NCBI GenBank assembly: GCA_963791005.1
Contig: CAWBQR010000020.1
Coordinates: 47,322 to 111,321, forward strand
Direction: 5' to 3'
From: an uncultured delta proteobacterium
GTDB lineage: Bacteria; Desulfobacterota; Desulfuromonadia; Desulfuromonadales; CAWBQR01
DNA length: 64,000 nt
How positions within the stretch are numbered: the first letter of the stretch is position 1; every line of letters starts with the position of its first letter. The notes beneath the pieces were generated by a model, which saw only the letters and a program-made list of their open reading frames with translations, was not told the origin of the DNA and ran no database searches. This document shows, piece by piece, positions 28,520-36,794 of this stretch. The translations under genes and the position numbers were made by a program.

Positions 28520-28539
28520 GAAATATCATGGGATATTTC
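28520..28539. promoter_or_regulatory. Perfect 8-bp inverted repeat GAAATATC-atgg-GATATTTC upstream of the coiled-coil locus (operator candidate)
   Basis: Direct reading; 51-70 nt upstream of ATG 28469. Confidence 0.4.
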
Positions 28540-28827
28540 GGCAACCCGGCTGTCTCGGGGAGACCCTGTGGGCTTTCCGCCCCATTCTCGCGAATGGTTT
28601 AGTATTATCGTGTACCCCGTCAGGGTGATATGACGTAATGCAAATTTGATGCTTTGGCAAAAACTCATTGGATGGCTAAGCAAAAATTTCGTCCTACAAG
28701 GCCTGGTGGTTTTTCAGGGGCGAAGGCTTACATCAGGTAGGTCGAGGTCCTGAAAAAACGCCGTAAACGCCGTAGGGCGGCCTTTTTGCGACGCCATCAA
28801 ATTTATTATCAGAAACAGAGGGGTTAG

Positions 28828-29494
28828 TCAACCGGAGAGAGATGTTTTCGGGCCACGGCGCTTTTCCGCGACCACCAGAAATGGCGCCTCCCGACGATTG
28901 GGCGGCTGGAGCTTGAGAACCTGCCAGTCGTGCGACGGAAGATGGCCGAAGAGGGCCTCTACGGCGACGCCCTCCTCCGTTCCTCCGGGATGCCCCGTAT
29001 AGACCGTAACGGCCATGCGGCCGCCGGGGGCGAGAAGGCCGAGGGATTGCCTCAGGGCCTCCAGGGTCGATTCGGTCCGGGTCCTTACCTCGGGTCGCCG
29101 CCGGGGAGAAAGCCGAGATTGGCGACAATTCCCCGCGGTGATTCCGCCAGGTAGCGGGAAATTTCACTGTGGCTGTCGTGAATAAGGTGGACCCCCGGGG
29201 AAAAAGGCGCCCGGGGCTCGGACGGACTTCGGAAAAAGACCCTGGCTCCCGCCCTGCGAGCAGGGACTCGGTCCGAAGAAGGGCTTCACGCTGGATATCG
29301 AAGGCGAGGATGCGTCCCCGGGGTCCGAGGCGATGGAAGAGAAAGAGGGTGTCGCGGCCCGTTCCGGCCGTCAGGTCAAGGGCCAGGTCACCCGGACTCA
29401 GGACGTCTGCCAGGAGCCGATGGGACCAGGAAACCATCCGGGTAAAAGGTCGTTCGGCCGCCGGTTCTCCCTCATCCCGCGGAGCGGACTTCAT
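28828..29494 (-). pseudogene. Class I SAM-dependent methyltransferase (YtqB/MnmM-like); frameshifted (as sequenced)
   Basis: N-terminal part LALDLTAGTGRDTLFLFHRLGPRGRILAFDIQREAL (29494 frame); C-terminal part AVTVYTGHPGGTEEGVAVEALF...WQVLKLQPPNRREAPFLVVAEKR (28828..29016 frame). Confidence 0.65.
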
Positions 29495-29940
29495 CCAGCA
29501 CCCGAAGCTTGAGGTCGATCACCTCACGGGGGGAGAGGCGCAGAAGGGTCGTCAGCTGGCGCATCAGGGCGTCCTCGTAGCGGTCGAGGGTACCGTCGGC
29601 GTAGACGATACGCCAGAGGGATTCCACGAAGTCGAGCTTTTCCTCGGTTGTGAAATTTTCGTTGATTTCCCGGGTAAACTGGTAGAGGTCCGGACTGGAC
29701 TCCCTTTCGCGGCGGGAAATCTGTCATCAACTCGGTCACCGCCTCGGCGGAAATTTCGAAATTTCGTTGCAGCAGGTCCCGGATGAGATGGGATTCGTCC
29801 TCGTTGAAGTCGCTGTCCGTCAGGGCCATCTCCAGAAGAAGGGCGCACGCCGCAATCCGGAGGCGTTCCTGGGGCGTCCGGGGCCCCTGGCGGGAGTTCG
29901 GTTTCGTTCCCAGCAGGCCTTTGAGTCGGTCGAGGATCAT
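29472..29940 (-). pseudogene. TerB-family (tellurite-resistance-like) protein; one frameshift (as sequenced)
   Basis: MILDRLKGLLG...RIAACALLLEMALTDSDFNEDE, then in another frame ...DLYQFTREINENFTTEEKLDFVESLWRIVYADGTLDRYEDALMRQLTTLLRLSPREVIDLKLRVLDE. Confidence 0.65.
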
Positions 29941-30278
29941 TTTTTCCCTTCCCTGTAGTGGATCACCCGGGCGCGTTCCAGTGTGACCATCCCACCGTGG
30001 AGCATCCCGTCGAGCCGGGGAAGAATGGCGTCGATTTTCTCCTGGTTGTCCACCACCTCGATGACCACCGGCAGGTCGGAGGAAAGGCGCAGGAGCTTGT
30101 CGGTGTGGGTTGTGCTGTGGGCGCCGAAGCCCATGGCGCCCTTCAAAACCGTGGCGCCGGCAAACCCCTCGACCCGAAACAATTCCACCAGCGCCTCGTA
30201 CAGGGGCTGATGCTCCCACCGGTCGTTCTCTCCGACAAAGATGCGCATCAGGGTCTGTTCACCTTCCAGTCGCGACAT
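29937..30278 (-). CDS. DUF190 domain protein (commonly paired with crcB)
   Basis: MSRLEGEQTLMRIFVGENDRW...PLYEALVELFRVEGFAGATVLKGAMGFG. Start codon 30278 lies 16 nt after the crcB stop. Confidence 0.75.
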   Translation of the reverse strand: MSRLEGEQTLMRIFVGENDRWEHQPLYEALVELFRVEGFAGATVLKGAMGFGAHSTTHTDKLLRLSSDLPVVIEVVDNQEKIDAILPRLDGMLHGGMVTLERARVIHYREGKK

Positions 30279-30294
30279 ATCGAGTCCTCTCTTC

Positions 30295-30666
30295 TCAGAT
30301 TCTCTTCGCCAGCGAAATTCCGAGTCCGGCAAACACAAGGCAGATGACGATGTTCAGCACAATGTTGGCCCCCGCCGCCAGATAACTGCCGTCCTCAAAA
30401 AGGCGGAACGTTTCGTACGAGAATGTTGAAAAGGTCGTGAATCCCCCCATGAAGCCGGTGGTGATGCCCATCCGGACCTCCGGGGAAAGCACCGTGCTGT
30501 GCAGGGTCGCTTCCATGACCAGCCCGAGCAGGAAGGAGCCGGCGACGTTGACCACCAAAGTCCCGTAGGGCAATCCCCGCCCGACCAGGGTATAGGTCCA
30601 CCCCGAAACCGCATATCGCGACAGGCATCCGAAGGCGCCGAACAGGCCGATATAAAAGATCTGCAT
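30295..30666 (-). CDS. crcB: Fluoride ion channel CrcB/FluC
   Basis: MQIFYIGLFGAFGCLSRY...GTLVVNVAGSFLLG...GFMGGFTTFSTF; four TM segments, ~123 aa. Confidence 0.9.
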   Translation of the reverse strand: MQIFYIGLFGAFGCLSRYAVSGWTYTLVGRGLPYGTLVVNVAGSFLLGLVMEATLHSTVLSPEVRMGITTGFMGGFTTFSTFSYETFRLFEDGSYLAAGANIVLNIVICLVFAGLGISLAKRI

Positions 30667-30712
30667 AAAACCACCCCGCATTGCATTAGGGATCCGGCGA
30701 AAAGTGTCGTTC

Positions 30713-30741
30713 ATTATCCTACCCGGCACCACTGGTGTCAA
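30713..30741 (-). promoter_or_regulatory. Sigma70-type promoter for the crcB operon (TTGACA-N17-GATAAT on the minus strand)
   Basis: Reverse complement of 30713-30741 reads TTGACACCAGTGGTGCCGGGTAGGATAAT, ~47 nt upstream of the crcB ATG. Confidence 0.6.
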
Positions 30742-30793
30742 CCGCCTTCCCAGGATACTCATTAAAAATCGGGCCCAATCTCGCCCTTTCCCC

Positions 30794-30823
30794 TTGAAAC
30801 CCCGCAGAGCACTTTGCTATAAT
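30794..30823 (+). promoter_or_regulatory. Sigma70-type promoter for rpoH (TTGAAA-N18-TATAAT)
   Basis: TTGAAA at 30794-30799, TATAAT at 30818-30823; ~75 nt upstream of ATG 30898. Confidence 0.55.
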
Positions 30824-30897
30824 ATTTAGCACTCTCGAGGACAGAGTGCCAACCACTAAAAACAAACCCCAAAGTCTTTTTTACGAAGGAGCAGACG

Positions 30898-31749
30898 ATG
30901 AGCGCCCTCAGCCTGCCGGCGGTCACCGACGGTTTCGAACATTACATGACCCGGATCAACCGCTTCGACCTGCTCAGCCGGGAGGAGGAGTGCGAGCTGG
31001 CCAGGCGCTATCGCAGCCGGGGTGACCTTGAGGCGGCCCATCGCCTGACCTGCGCCAACCTTCGCTTCGTGGTCAAAATCGCCAGGGAGTACCGGACCTA
31101 CGGCATGAAACTGCTCGACCTCGTGCAGGAGGGGAACATCGGGTTGATGATGGCGGTGAAGAAATTCGATCCGGAACGGGGGATTCGCCTTATCACCTAT
31201 GCCGTCTGGTGGATCAGGGCCTACATTCAGAGCTTCATCATCCGCAGCTGGTCCCTGGTGAAAATAGGCACCACCCAGGCCCAGAAAAAGCTCTTCTTCA
31301 AACTCAACCAGGCCCGGGAGGCCATCCGGCGGATTACCGGCGGCGAAGACGACATGGAAGAGGTGGCGAGGGATCTGGAGGTCCGCGATAAGGAGGTGGA
31401 GGAGATGGCCCTGCGCATGTCCTCCCGCGACGCCTCCCTCGACCTGGAGCTGACCGAGGGAGACGATTACTCCTTGATGGATTCCCTGGCCGACGAGCGG
31501 GAAAATCAGGAGGAGCTGCTCCTCAAAAAGGAGGAGGGCCGCTCCCTCTCCGAAGAGGTAAAAAAGGCCCTGAAGACCCTGAACCCCCGGGAACGGCGCA
31601 TCATCCATGACCGGATCCTCACCGACACCCCGCGGACGCTGCAGGAGCTGGCCGATGACTACGGGATCAGCCGGGAGCGCGTTCGGCAGCTGGAAAAAGC
31701 CGCCCTGTCCAAGATCAGGGGGACGCTTGGGGCCGTCCAAGCAGTCTAA
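30898..31749 (+). CDS. rpoH: RNA polymerase sigma-32 heat-shock factor RpoH
   Basis: 283-aa intact ORF; region 2 (LVQEGNIGLMMAVKKFDP), RpoH box (TTQAQKKLFFKL), region 4 (ISRERVRQLEKAAL). Confidence 0.9.
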   Translation: MSALSLPAVTDGFEHYMTRINRFDLLSREEECELARRYRSRGDLEAAHRLTCANLRFVVKIAREYRTYGMKLLDLVQEGNIGLMMAVKKFDPERGIRLITYAVWWIRAYIQSFIIRSWSLVKIGTTQAQKKLFFKLNQAREAIRRITGGEDDMEEVARDLEVRDKEVEEMALRMSSRDASLDLELTEGDDYSLMDSLADERENQEELLLKKEEGRSLSEEVKKALKTLNPRERRIIHDRILTDTPRTLQELADDYGISRERVRQLEKAALSKIRGTLGAVQAV

Positions 31750-31788
31750 CCTGCCTAGTCTGTCTAACCTGTCCAACAAGTCTGACCG
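31744..31788. repeat. Five degenerate 9-nt tandem units (GTCTAACCT,GCCTAGTCT,GTCTAACCT,GTCCAACAA,GTCTGACCG) starting at the rpoH stop
   Basis: Direct reading. In the rpoH frame the units give stops TAA, TAG, TAA, TGA. Confidence 0.7.
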
Positions 31789-31874
31789 CTCGATTTGCTT
31801 CCTCCCTTTTCTGCAGCTTTTTCCCTCCACATCCCTTATATCCCCGACACCTTTCGACATTATCGTTTTTTAAC

Positions 31875-31904
31875 TTGACGACCGTATACGGTATTAAGTA
31901 GTAT
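31875..31904 (+). promoter_or_regulatory. Promoter-like TTGACG followed by perfect palindrome ACCGTATACGGT (operator candidate), upstream of CoA-transferase 1
   Basis: TTGACG 31875-31880, palindrome 31881-31892, TAGTAT 31899-31904 (18-nt spacer). Same architecture as 34748-34776. Confidence 0.5.
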
Positions 31905-31930
31905 TTTTTGCGCTATATTGTGTCAGGCCG

Positions 31931-31955
31931 CGAAGCGACCCCGCTTCGTTTTTTT
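31931..31955 (+). terminator. Intrinsic-terminator-like hairpin CGAAGCG-accc-CGCTTCG + T7 (rpoH terminator or leader attenuator)
   Basis: Direct reading. Located 180 nt after the rpoH stop and ~30 nt after the promoter-like element. Confidence 0.6.
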
Positions 31956-32135
31956 ATTCCGAGGCAATTCACATTTCCCGAAGCTAGACTTTCCGCCTGA
32001 GAGCCGATTCCAGGGTCCTCACCGGTCTGCACTGAAAATGGGACTTATGGGAATTTCTACCTTTTTTGGACCAAGACCAATGATGGAGCGGCGGGGTTTT
32101 TCGACCGTCCCCAATAAACAACGGAGGAAGTTCAA

Positions 32136-33710
32136 ATGTCCGAACTGCATAAGCGTATCCGAAGAACGAGTCTCCACGACAGGGTCAGGAAGGTCGAAGA
32201 AGTCCTCCCCATGTTCCGCAACGGCATGAGCCTCGGCTGGTCCGGCTTCACCCCCGCCGGCTATCCCAAGGAGATTCCCATCGCCCTTGCCGACCATGTC
32301 GAAAAGAACAATCTTCAGGGGCAGCTGCGTTTCAACCTCTTTATCGGCGCCTCGGTGGGGGTGGAAACCGAGGACCGCTGGGCCTCGCTGGACATGATCG
32401 ACCGCCGCTGGCCCTACCAGACGGGCAAAAATATCCAGAAGGGGATCAACAGCGGCAAGATCCGCATGGGCGACAAACACCTTTCGATGTTCGCCCAGGA
32501 CCTCGGCTACGGCTTCTACACCAAGGACAACGGTGGCCGCCTCGACCTGGCCATCATCGAGGTCTCGGCCGTCACCGAGGACTGCGGGCTCGTTCTCACC
32601 AGCTCCTGCGGGGCCGTCCCCGAGATCTGCCAGATCGCCGACAGGATCGTTCTCGAGGTCAACACGGCCGTCCCCTCTTATGAGGGCCTGCACGACATCA
32701 TCGAGCCGGTCAACCCGCCGAACCGTCCTCCCTTTCTCATCAGCCGCGTCAACGACCGGGCCGGGCGCCCCTTCGTCCCCGTAGACCCCGACAAAATCGT
32801 CGCCATCGTCGAATCAAAGCGCCTCGACAACGGCCGCGCTTTCGGAGAACTGGACGAGACCGCCGAGCGGATCGCCGGCCACATCATCGATTTCTTCCGG
32901 GCCGAGGTCGCCGCCGGTCGGCTGCCGAAGGACCTTCTTCCCCTCCAGTCCGGCGTCGGGAGCATCGCCAATGCGGTCATCGGCGGCCTGGCGAGCGGTC
33001 CCTTTTCCGGCCTTCGGGTCTGGACCGAGGTGCTGCAGGACACGATGCTTGACCTCTTCGACTCGGGCAAGCTCGATTTTGCCTCCACCGTCTCCCTCTC
33101 CTTCTCCAACGAGGGCTTTAAACGTTTTTACGCCAATTGGGAGAAATACAGCGACAAGGTCCTGATGCGGCCCCTCTCGGTGGCCAATCACCCCGAGCCG
33201 ATCCGCCGCCTGGGCTGCATCGCCATGAACACCCCGGTGGAGTTCGACATCTACGCCCATGCCAACTCCACCCTGGTCGGCGGCACCCGGATGATCAACG
33301 GCATCGGCGGCTCAGGAGACTTTCTGCGCAACGCTTATCTCTCCATCATGCACACTCCGTCTGTGCGCCCCAGCAAAACCGACCCCACGGGCATCACCTG
33401 CGTAGTGCCGATGGTCACCCACTGCGACCATACCGAACACGACCTCGACGTCCTGGTCACCGAACAGGGCCTGGCCGACCTGCGAGGGCTCGCTCCCAGG
33501 GAGCGGGCACAGCTCATCATCGACCGCTGTGCCCACCCCGATTACCGCCCTATGCTCCAGGACTATTTCGACCGGGCCCGGCACGAGTGCCTTGCCAAGG
33601 GAGCCGGGCACGAACCTCACCTGCTGTTCAAGGTCTTCAGCATGCAGCAGAGCCTGGCGGAAAAGGGGACCATGAAAATCGACGGATGGGACTCTGCAAT
33701 ACTCCCCTGA
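32136..33710 (+). CDS. Acetyl-CoA hydrolase/transferase family protein (succinyl:acetate CoA-transferase type), paralog 1
   Basis: 524-aa intact ORF, collinear with the paralog at 35029..36612 (GWSGFTPAGYPKE, FIGASVGVETEDRWA, LQSGVGSIANAV, NTPVE.D.YAHANST all shared). Confidence 0.85.
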   Translation: MSELHKRIRRTSLHDRVRKVEEVLPMFRNGMSLGWSGFTPAGYPKEIPIALADHVEKNNLQGQLRFNLFIGASVGVETEDRWASLDMIDRRWPYQTGKNIQKGINSGKIRMGDKHLSMFAQDLGYGFYTKDNGGRLDLAIIEVSAVTEDCGLVLTSSCGAVPEICQIADRIVLEVNTAVPSYEGLHDIIEPVNPPNRPPFLISRVNDRAGRPFVPVDPDKIVAIVESKRLDNGRAFGELDETAERIAGHIIDFFRAEVAAGRLPKDLLPLQSGVGSIANAVIGGLASGPFSGLRVWTEVLQDTMLDLFDSGKLDFASTVSLSFSNEGFKRFYANWEKYSDKVLMRPLSVANHPEPIRRLGCIAMNTPVEFDIYAHANSTLVGGTRMINGIGGSGDFLRNAYLSIMHTPSVRPSKTDPTGITCVVPMVTHCDHTEHDLDVLVTEQGLADLRGLAPRERAQLIIDRCAHPDYRPMLQDYFDRARHECLAKGAGHEPHLLFKVFSMQQSLAEKGTMKIDGWDSAILP

Positions 33711-33733
33711 GGAAACGTCGGTTTTTCCGAAAA

Positions 33734-33757
33734 GCCCCTCCCCGGAGGGGCTTTTTT
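33734..33757 (+). terminator. Rho-independent terminator
   Basis: GCCCCTCC..GGAGGGGC followed by T6. Confidence 0.75.
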
Positions 33758-33796
33758 GCGCCTGCCCGATGAACACACTTCGGGCAAGCTGCGTGA

Positions 33797-33825
33797 TTGA
33801 CAATTCTTCCGGCATCTCGTAACGT
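33797..33825 (+). promoter_or_regulatory. Possible sigma70 promoter for bamD (TTGACA-N17-TAACGT)
   Basis: TTGACA 33797-33802; weak -10 at 33820-33825. Confidence 0.35.
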
Positions 33826-33917
33826 TGTTCCCACCATCGATGACACGGAGATGGCGGCATAGCGCCGCTCCCAGACAGAACCCGTCCAAATCACCGACAA
33901 AAATCAAGGAAACCACA

Positions 33918-34649
33918 ATGCAGCGCTCATTCCTCCTCATCGCCCTGGTCCTCGGCCTGACCGCCTGCTCCGCGACCAAGGTCCCCCCTCCCAACAAGTC
34001 GCCCCAATATTATTTTCAATTGGGTGAGAGGGATTTCGAAGACGGCCTGTACAAGGAGGCCATCGCCGACTGGGAGAAGGTCAGGGACGCCTACTACTCG
34101 CCCGAGCTTACCGCGCTGGCCGAGATGAAAATCGCCGACGCCCACTACAAGAACAAGGAATACGTGGAGGCGGCTGCAGGCTACGAGGATTTTCTGAAAC
34201 AGCATCCCAACCATGCAAAGACACCCCAAATCCTCTTCAAACTGGGGATGTCCTATTACAAGCAGATCCTCTCTCCGGACCGGGACCAGACCGCCACTAA
34301 AAACGCGATGGCCACCTTCGAGAGCCTGCTCAGGATGTATCCCGACTTCCCCGAGAAGAAAACCGTTCAGGGGGATATCCGGGAATGCAAAAACAATCTA
34401 GCCGAACACGAATTCTACGTCGGGCATTTTTACTTTCGCACCGACCACGACCCATCGGCCGTCGGCCGACTGAAGGGGCTGATCGCCGACTACCCCGATT
34501 ATCCCGAACTGGACAAGGCCTACTTCTTCCTGATCCGGGCCTACCTCCAGGAGGGAAAGCGAGACAACGCCCAGGAAGCCTTCCACACCCTTTCCCAGAA
34601 ATTTCCGCAAAGCCAATATCTCTCCAAAGCCAGAGGATTGCTCGGTTAA
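33918..34649 (+). CDS. bamD: Outer membrane protein assembly factor BamD (YfiO)
   Basis: MQRSFLLIALVLGLTAC lipobox; TPR-like body (YYFQLGERDFEDGLYKEAI..., YKNKEYVEAAAGYEDFLKQHPNH...). Confidence 0.85.
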   Translation: MQRSFLLIALVLGLTACSATKVPPPNKSPQYYFQLGERDFEDGLYKEAIADWEKVRDAYYSPELTALAEMKIADAHYKNKEYVEAAAGYEDFLKQHPNHAKTPQILFKLGMSYYKQILSPDRDQTATKNAMATFESLLRMYPDFPEKKTVQGDIRECKNNLAEHEFYVGHFYFRTDHDPSAVGRLKGLIADYPDYPELDKAYFFLIRAYLQEGKRDNAQEAFHTLSQKFPQSQYLSKARGLLG

Positions 34650-34747
34650 TCCGGGCCTCCGCCAGCCTCCGACCATCCTTTTCCCCGGCCGGTCCGCCCG
34701 GAGCCGGGGAGGCTCTCATTACCACAAATGGGACAAGTCTTTTTCTC

Positions 34748-34776
34748 TTGACTTGCCGTTTACGGCATTATATAAA
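34748..34776 (+). promoter_or_regulatory. Promoter TTGACT-N17-TATAAA with embedded inverted repeat GCCGT-tt-ACGGC (operator candidate), upstream of CoA-transferase 2
   Basis: TTGACT 34748-34753, repeat 34755-34766, TATAAA 34771-34776. Confidence 0.5.
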
Positions 34777-35028
34777 TTTACTCGTCCTATAACGGGATTT
34801 TAGGACGGTCAAAATTCTTGCCGCGAACATTCCAAGAGTTCAGGATTATTGGGCTTTTTAATTTCAATCTCTACATCCCAAGCATCTGCGCCCACCCCGT
34901 TGGTCGGGGGCGGGGCACGTCGGTGGTCATCCGGATAAACAATACTGTCTGTTTATTCTAAACCGGTTTTTTACCTGCTACGTTCGGGGCGCGTTTGCGT
35001 TACCGACAAATTCACGAGGAGGAGAGAG

Positions 35029-36612
35029 ATGCCTTACGGAACCCTGGAAAGTCGTATCCGTCGCAAGTCCCTGCTCAGCAAGGTCATGAAGGCTGAAGAC
35101 ACCATCAAGTTCTTCAAACCCGGCATGAACCTCGGCTGGTCAGGCTTTACCCCTGCCGGCTATCCCAAAGAGGTGCCCATCGCCTTGGCCGACTACGTCG
35201 AGCAGAACAGCCTGCAGGGCAAGTGGAAGTTCAACCTCTTCATCGGCGCCTCGGTGGGCGTCGAAACCGAAGACCGCTGGGCCACCCTCGACATGATCGA
35301 CCGCCGCTGGCCTTACCAGACCGGCAAGAACATCCAGAAGGGGATCAACAGCGGCAAGATCCGCATGGGCGACAAGCACTTGGGTCACTTCGCCCAGGAC
35401 GTCGGCTACGGTTTCTACACCGAGAACGGCCGGATGGACGTCGCCATCATCGAGGTGTCGGCCATCACCGAGGACTGCGGCCTGGCCCTGACCTCCTCCT
35501 GCGGCATCGTTCCCGAACTGATGACGGTCGCCGACAAGATCATCCTCGAGGTCAACACCGGAGAGCCCTCCTTCGAGGGGATCCACGACATCATCATGCA
35601 GCAGAAGCCGCCCCACAGGCAGCCCTTCCTCATCACCTCGGCCGAGCAGCGCGTCGGCTCCCCCTATGTCCCCTGCGACCCCGACAAGATCATCGCCATC
35701 GTCGAGTCCAAGCGCCGCGACAAGGGTCGGGCTTTCGCCGAGCAGGACGCAAGCTCCGAGGCGATTGCCGGTCATATCCTCGACTTCTTCCACCATGAGG
35801 TGAAGAAAGGCCGTCTCCCCGAGAACCTGCTCCCCCTGCAGTCCGGCGTCGGCTCCATTGCCAACGCGGTGGTGGGCGGTCTGTGCAAGGGCGATTTCTG
35901 GAACCTCTCCGTCTACACCGAGGTCCTTCAGGACACCATGCTCGACCTCTTCGACTCGGGCAAACTGAACTTCGCCTCGGCCTGCTCCCTCTCCCTCTCG
36001 GAGACCCCGGGTTTTCCCCGCTTCTTCGATGCCTGGGACAAGTACTTCGACAAGATCGTGCTGCGGCCCCTCTCGGTCTCCAACGCGCCGGAGCCGATCC
36101 GCCGCCTGGGGTGTATCGCCATGAACACCCCCGTCGAGATCGACATGTACGCCCATGCCAACTCGACCCTGGTCGGCGGCACACGAATGATCAACGGCCT
36201 CGGCGGCTCGGGCGACTTCCTGCGCAACGGCTACCTGAAGATCATGCACACCCCGTCGATCCGTCCCAGCAAGACCGACCCCCTCGGCATCACCTGCGTC
36301 GTGCCGAAGGCCCCGCACATCGACCACACCGAGCACGACCTCGACTGCGTCGTCACCGAGCAGGGTCTGGCCGACCTGCGCGGCCTGGCGCCGAAGGATC
36401 GGGCCAAGGCCATCATCGAAAAATGCGCCCATCCCGAGTACAAGCCGATCCTGCAGTCCTACCTCGAAATGGCTTCCAGCGAATGCCTGGCCAAGGGGAT
36501 CGGCCACGAACCGCAGCTCTTCGACCGCTGTTTCAAGATGCAGCAGAACCTCGCCGCCAACGGCACCATGCGCATCAAGAACTGGGATATCAAGGTCGAC
36601 CTCTGCGAATAA
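35029..36612 (+). CDS. Acetyl-CoA hydrolase/transferase family protein (succinyl:acetate CoA-transferase type), paralog 2
   Basis: 527-aa intact ORF preceded by AGGAGGAG; most positions are identical to paralog 1 by eye. Confidence 0.85.
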   Translation: MPYGTLESRIRRKSLLSKVMKAEDTIKFFKPGMNLGWSGFTPAGYPKEVPIALADYVEQNSLQGKWKFNLFIGASVGVETEDRWATLDMIDRRWPYQTGKNIQKGINSGKIRMGDKHLGHFAQDVGYGFYTENGRMDVAIIEVSAITEDCGLALTSSCGIVPELMTVADKIILEVNTGEPSFEGIHDIIMQQKPPHRQPFLITSAEQRVGSPYVPCDPDKIIAIVESKRRDKGRAFAEQDASSEAIAGHILDFFHHEVKKGRLPENLLPLQSGVGSIANAVVGGLCKGDFWNLSVYTEVLQDTMLDLFDSGKLNFASACSLSLSETPGFPRFFDAWDKYFDKIVLRPLSVSNAPEPIRRLGCIAMNTPVEIDMYAHANSTLVGGTRMINGLGGSGDFLRNGYLKIMHTPSIRPSKTDPLGITCVVPKAPHIDHTEHDLDCVVTEQGLADLRGLAPKDRAKAIIEKCAHPEYKPILQSYLEMASSECLAKGIGHEPQLFDRCFKMQQNLAANGTMRIKNWDIKVDLCE

Positions 36613-36647
36613 AGTTCACGCTTGATTGCGATGCCAATCCAGTGTCA

Positions 36648-36674
36648 GCCCCCGGGAAACCGGGGGCTTTTTTT
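36648..36674 (+). terminator. Rho-independent terminator
   Basis: GCCCCCGG-gaaa-CCGGGGGC followed by T7. Confidence 0.85.
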
Positions 36675-36737
36675 GTGCCTGAAAGCACGCGGTGACGGTC
36701 TCCGCTGTCGTGAAGCGCCCTTCCCCGAGATCCTTTC

Positions 36738-36766
36738 TTGCAAAGGACGGAATCTTCTAATATAGT
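36738..36766 (+). promoter_or_regulatory. Sigma70-type promoter for yedF (TTGCAA-N17-TATAGT)
   Basis: Direct reading; ~30 nt upstream of ATG 36795. Confidence 0.5.
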
Positions 36767-36794
36767 GTCCTCGAATTCAGCAACGGGAGCCCCC

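Noticed and set aside
30667-30860. Fluoride (crcB) riboswitch upstream of crcB
   Set aside because: The leader lacks the conserved GAUGG...CUGAUGAUGCCUAC elements; only short fragments match. It needs cmsearch to be formally excluded.
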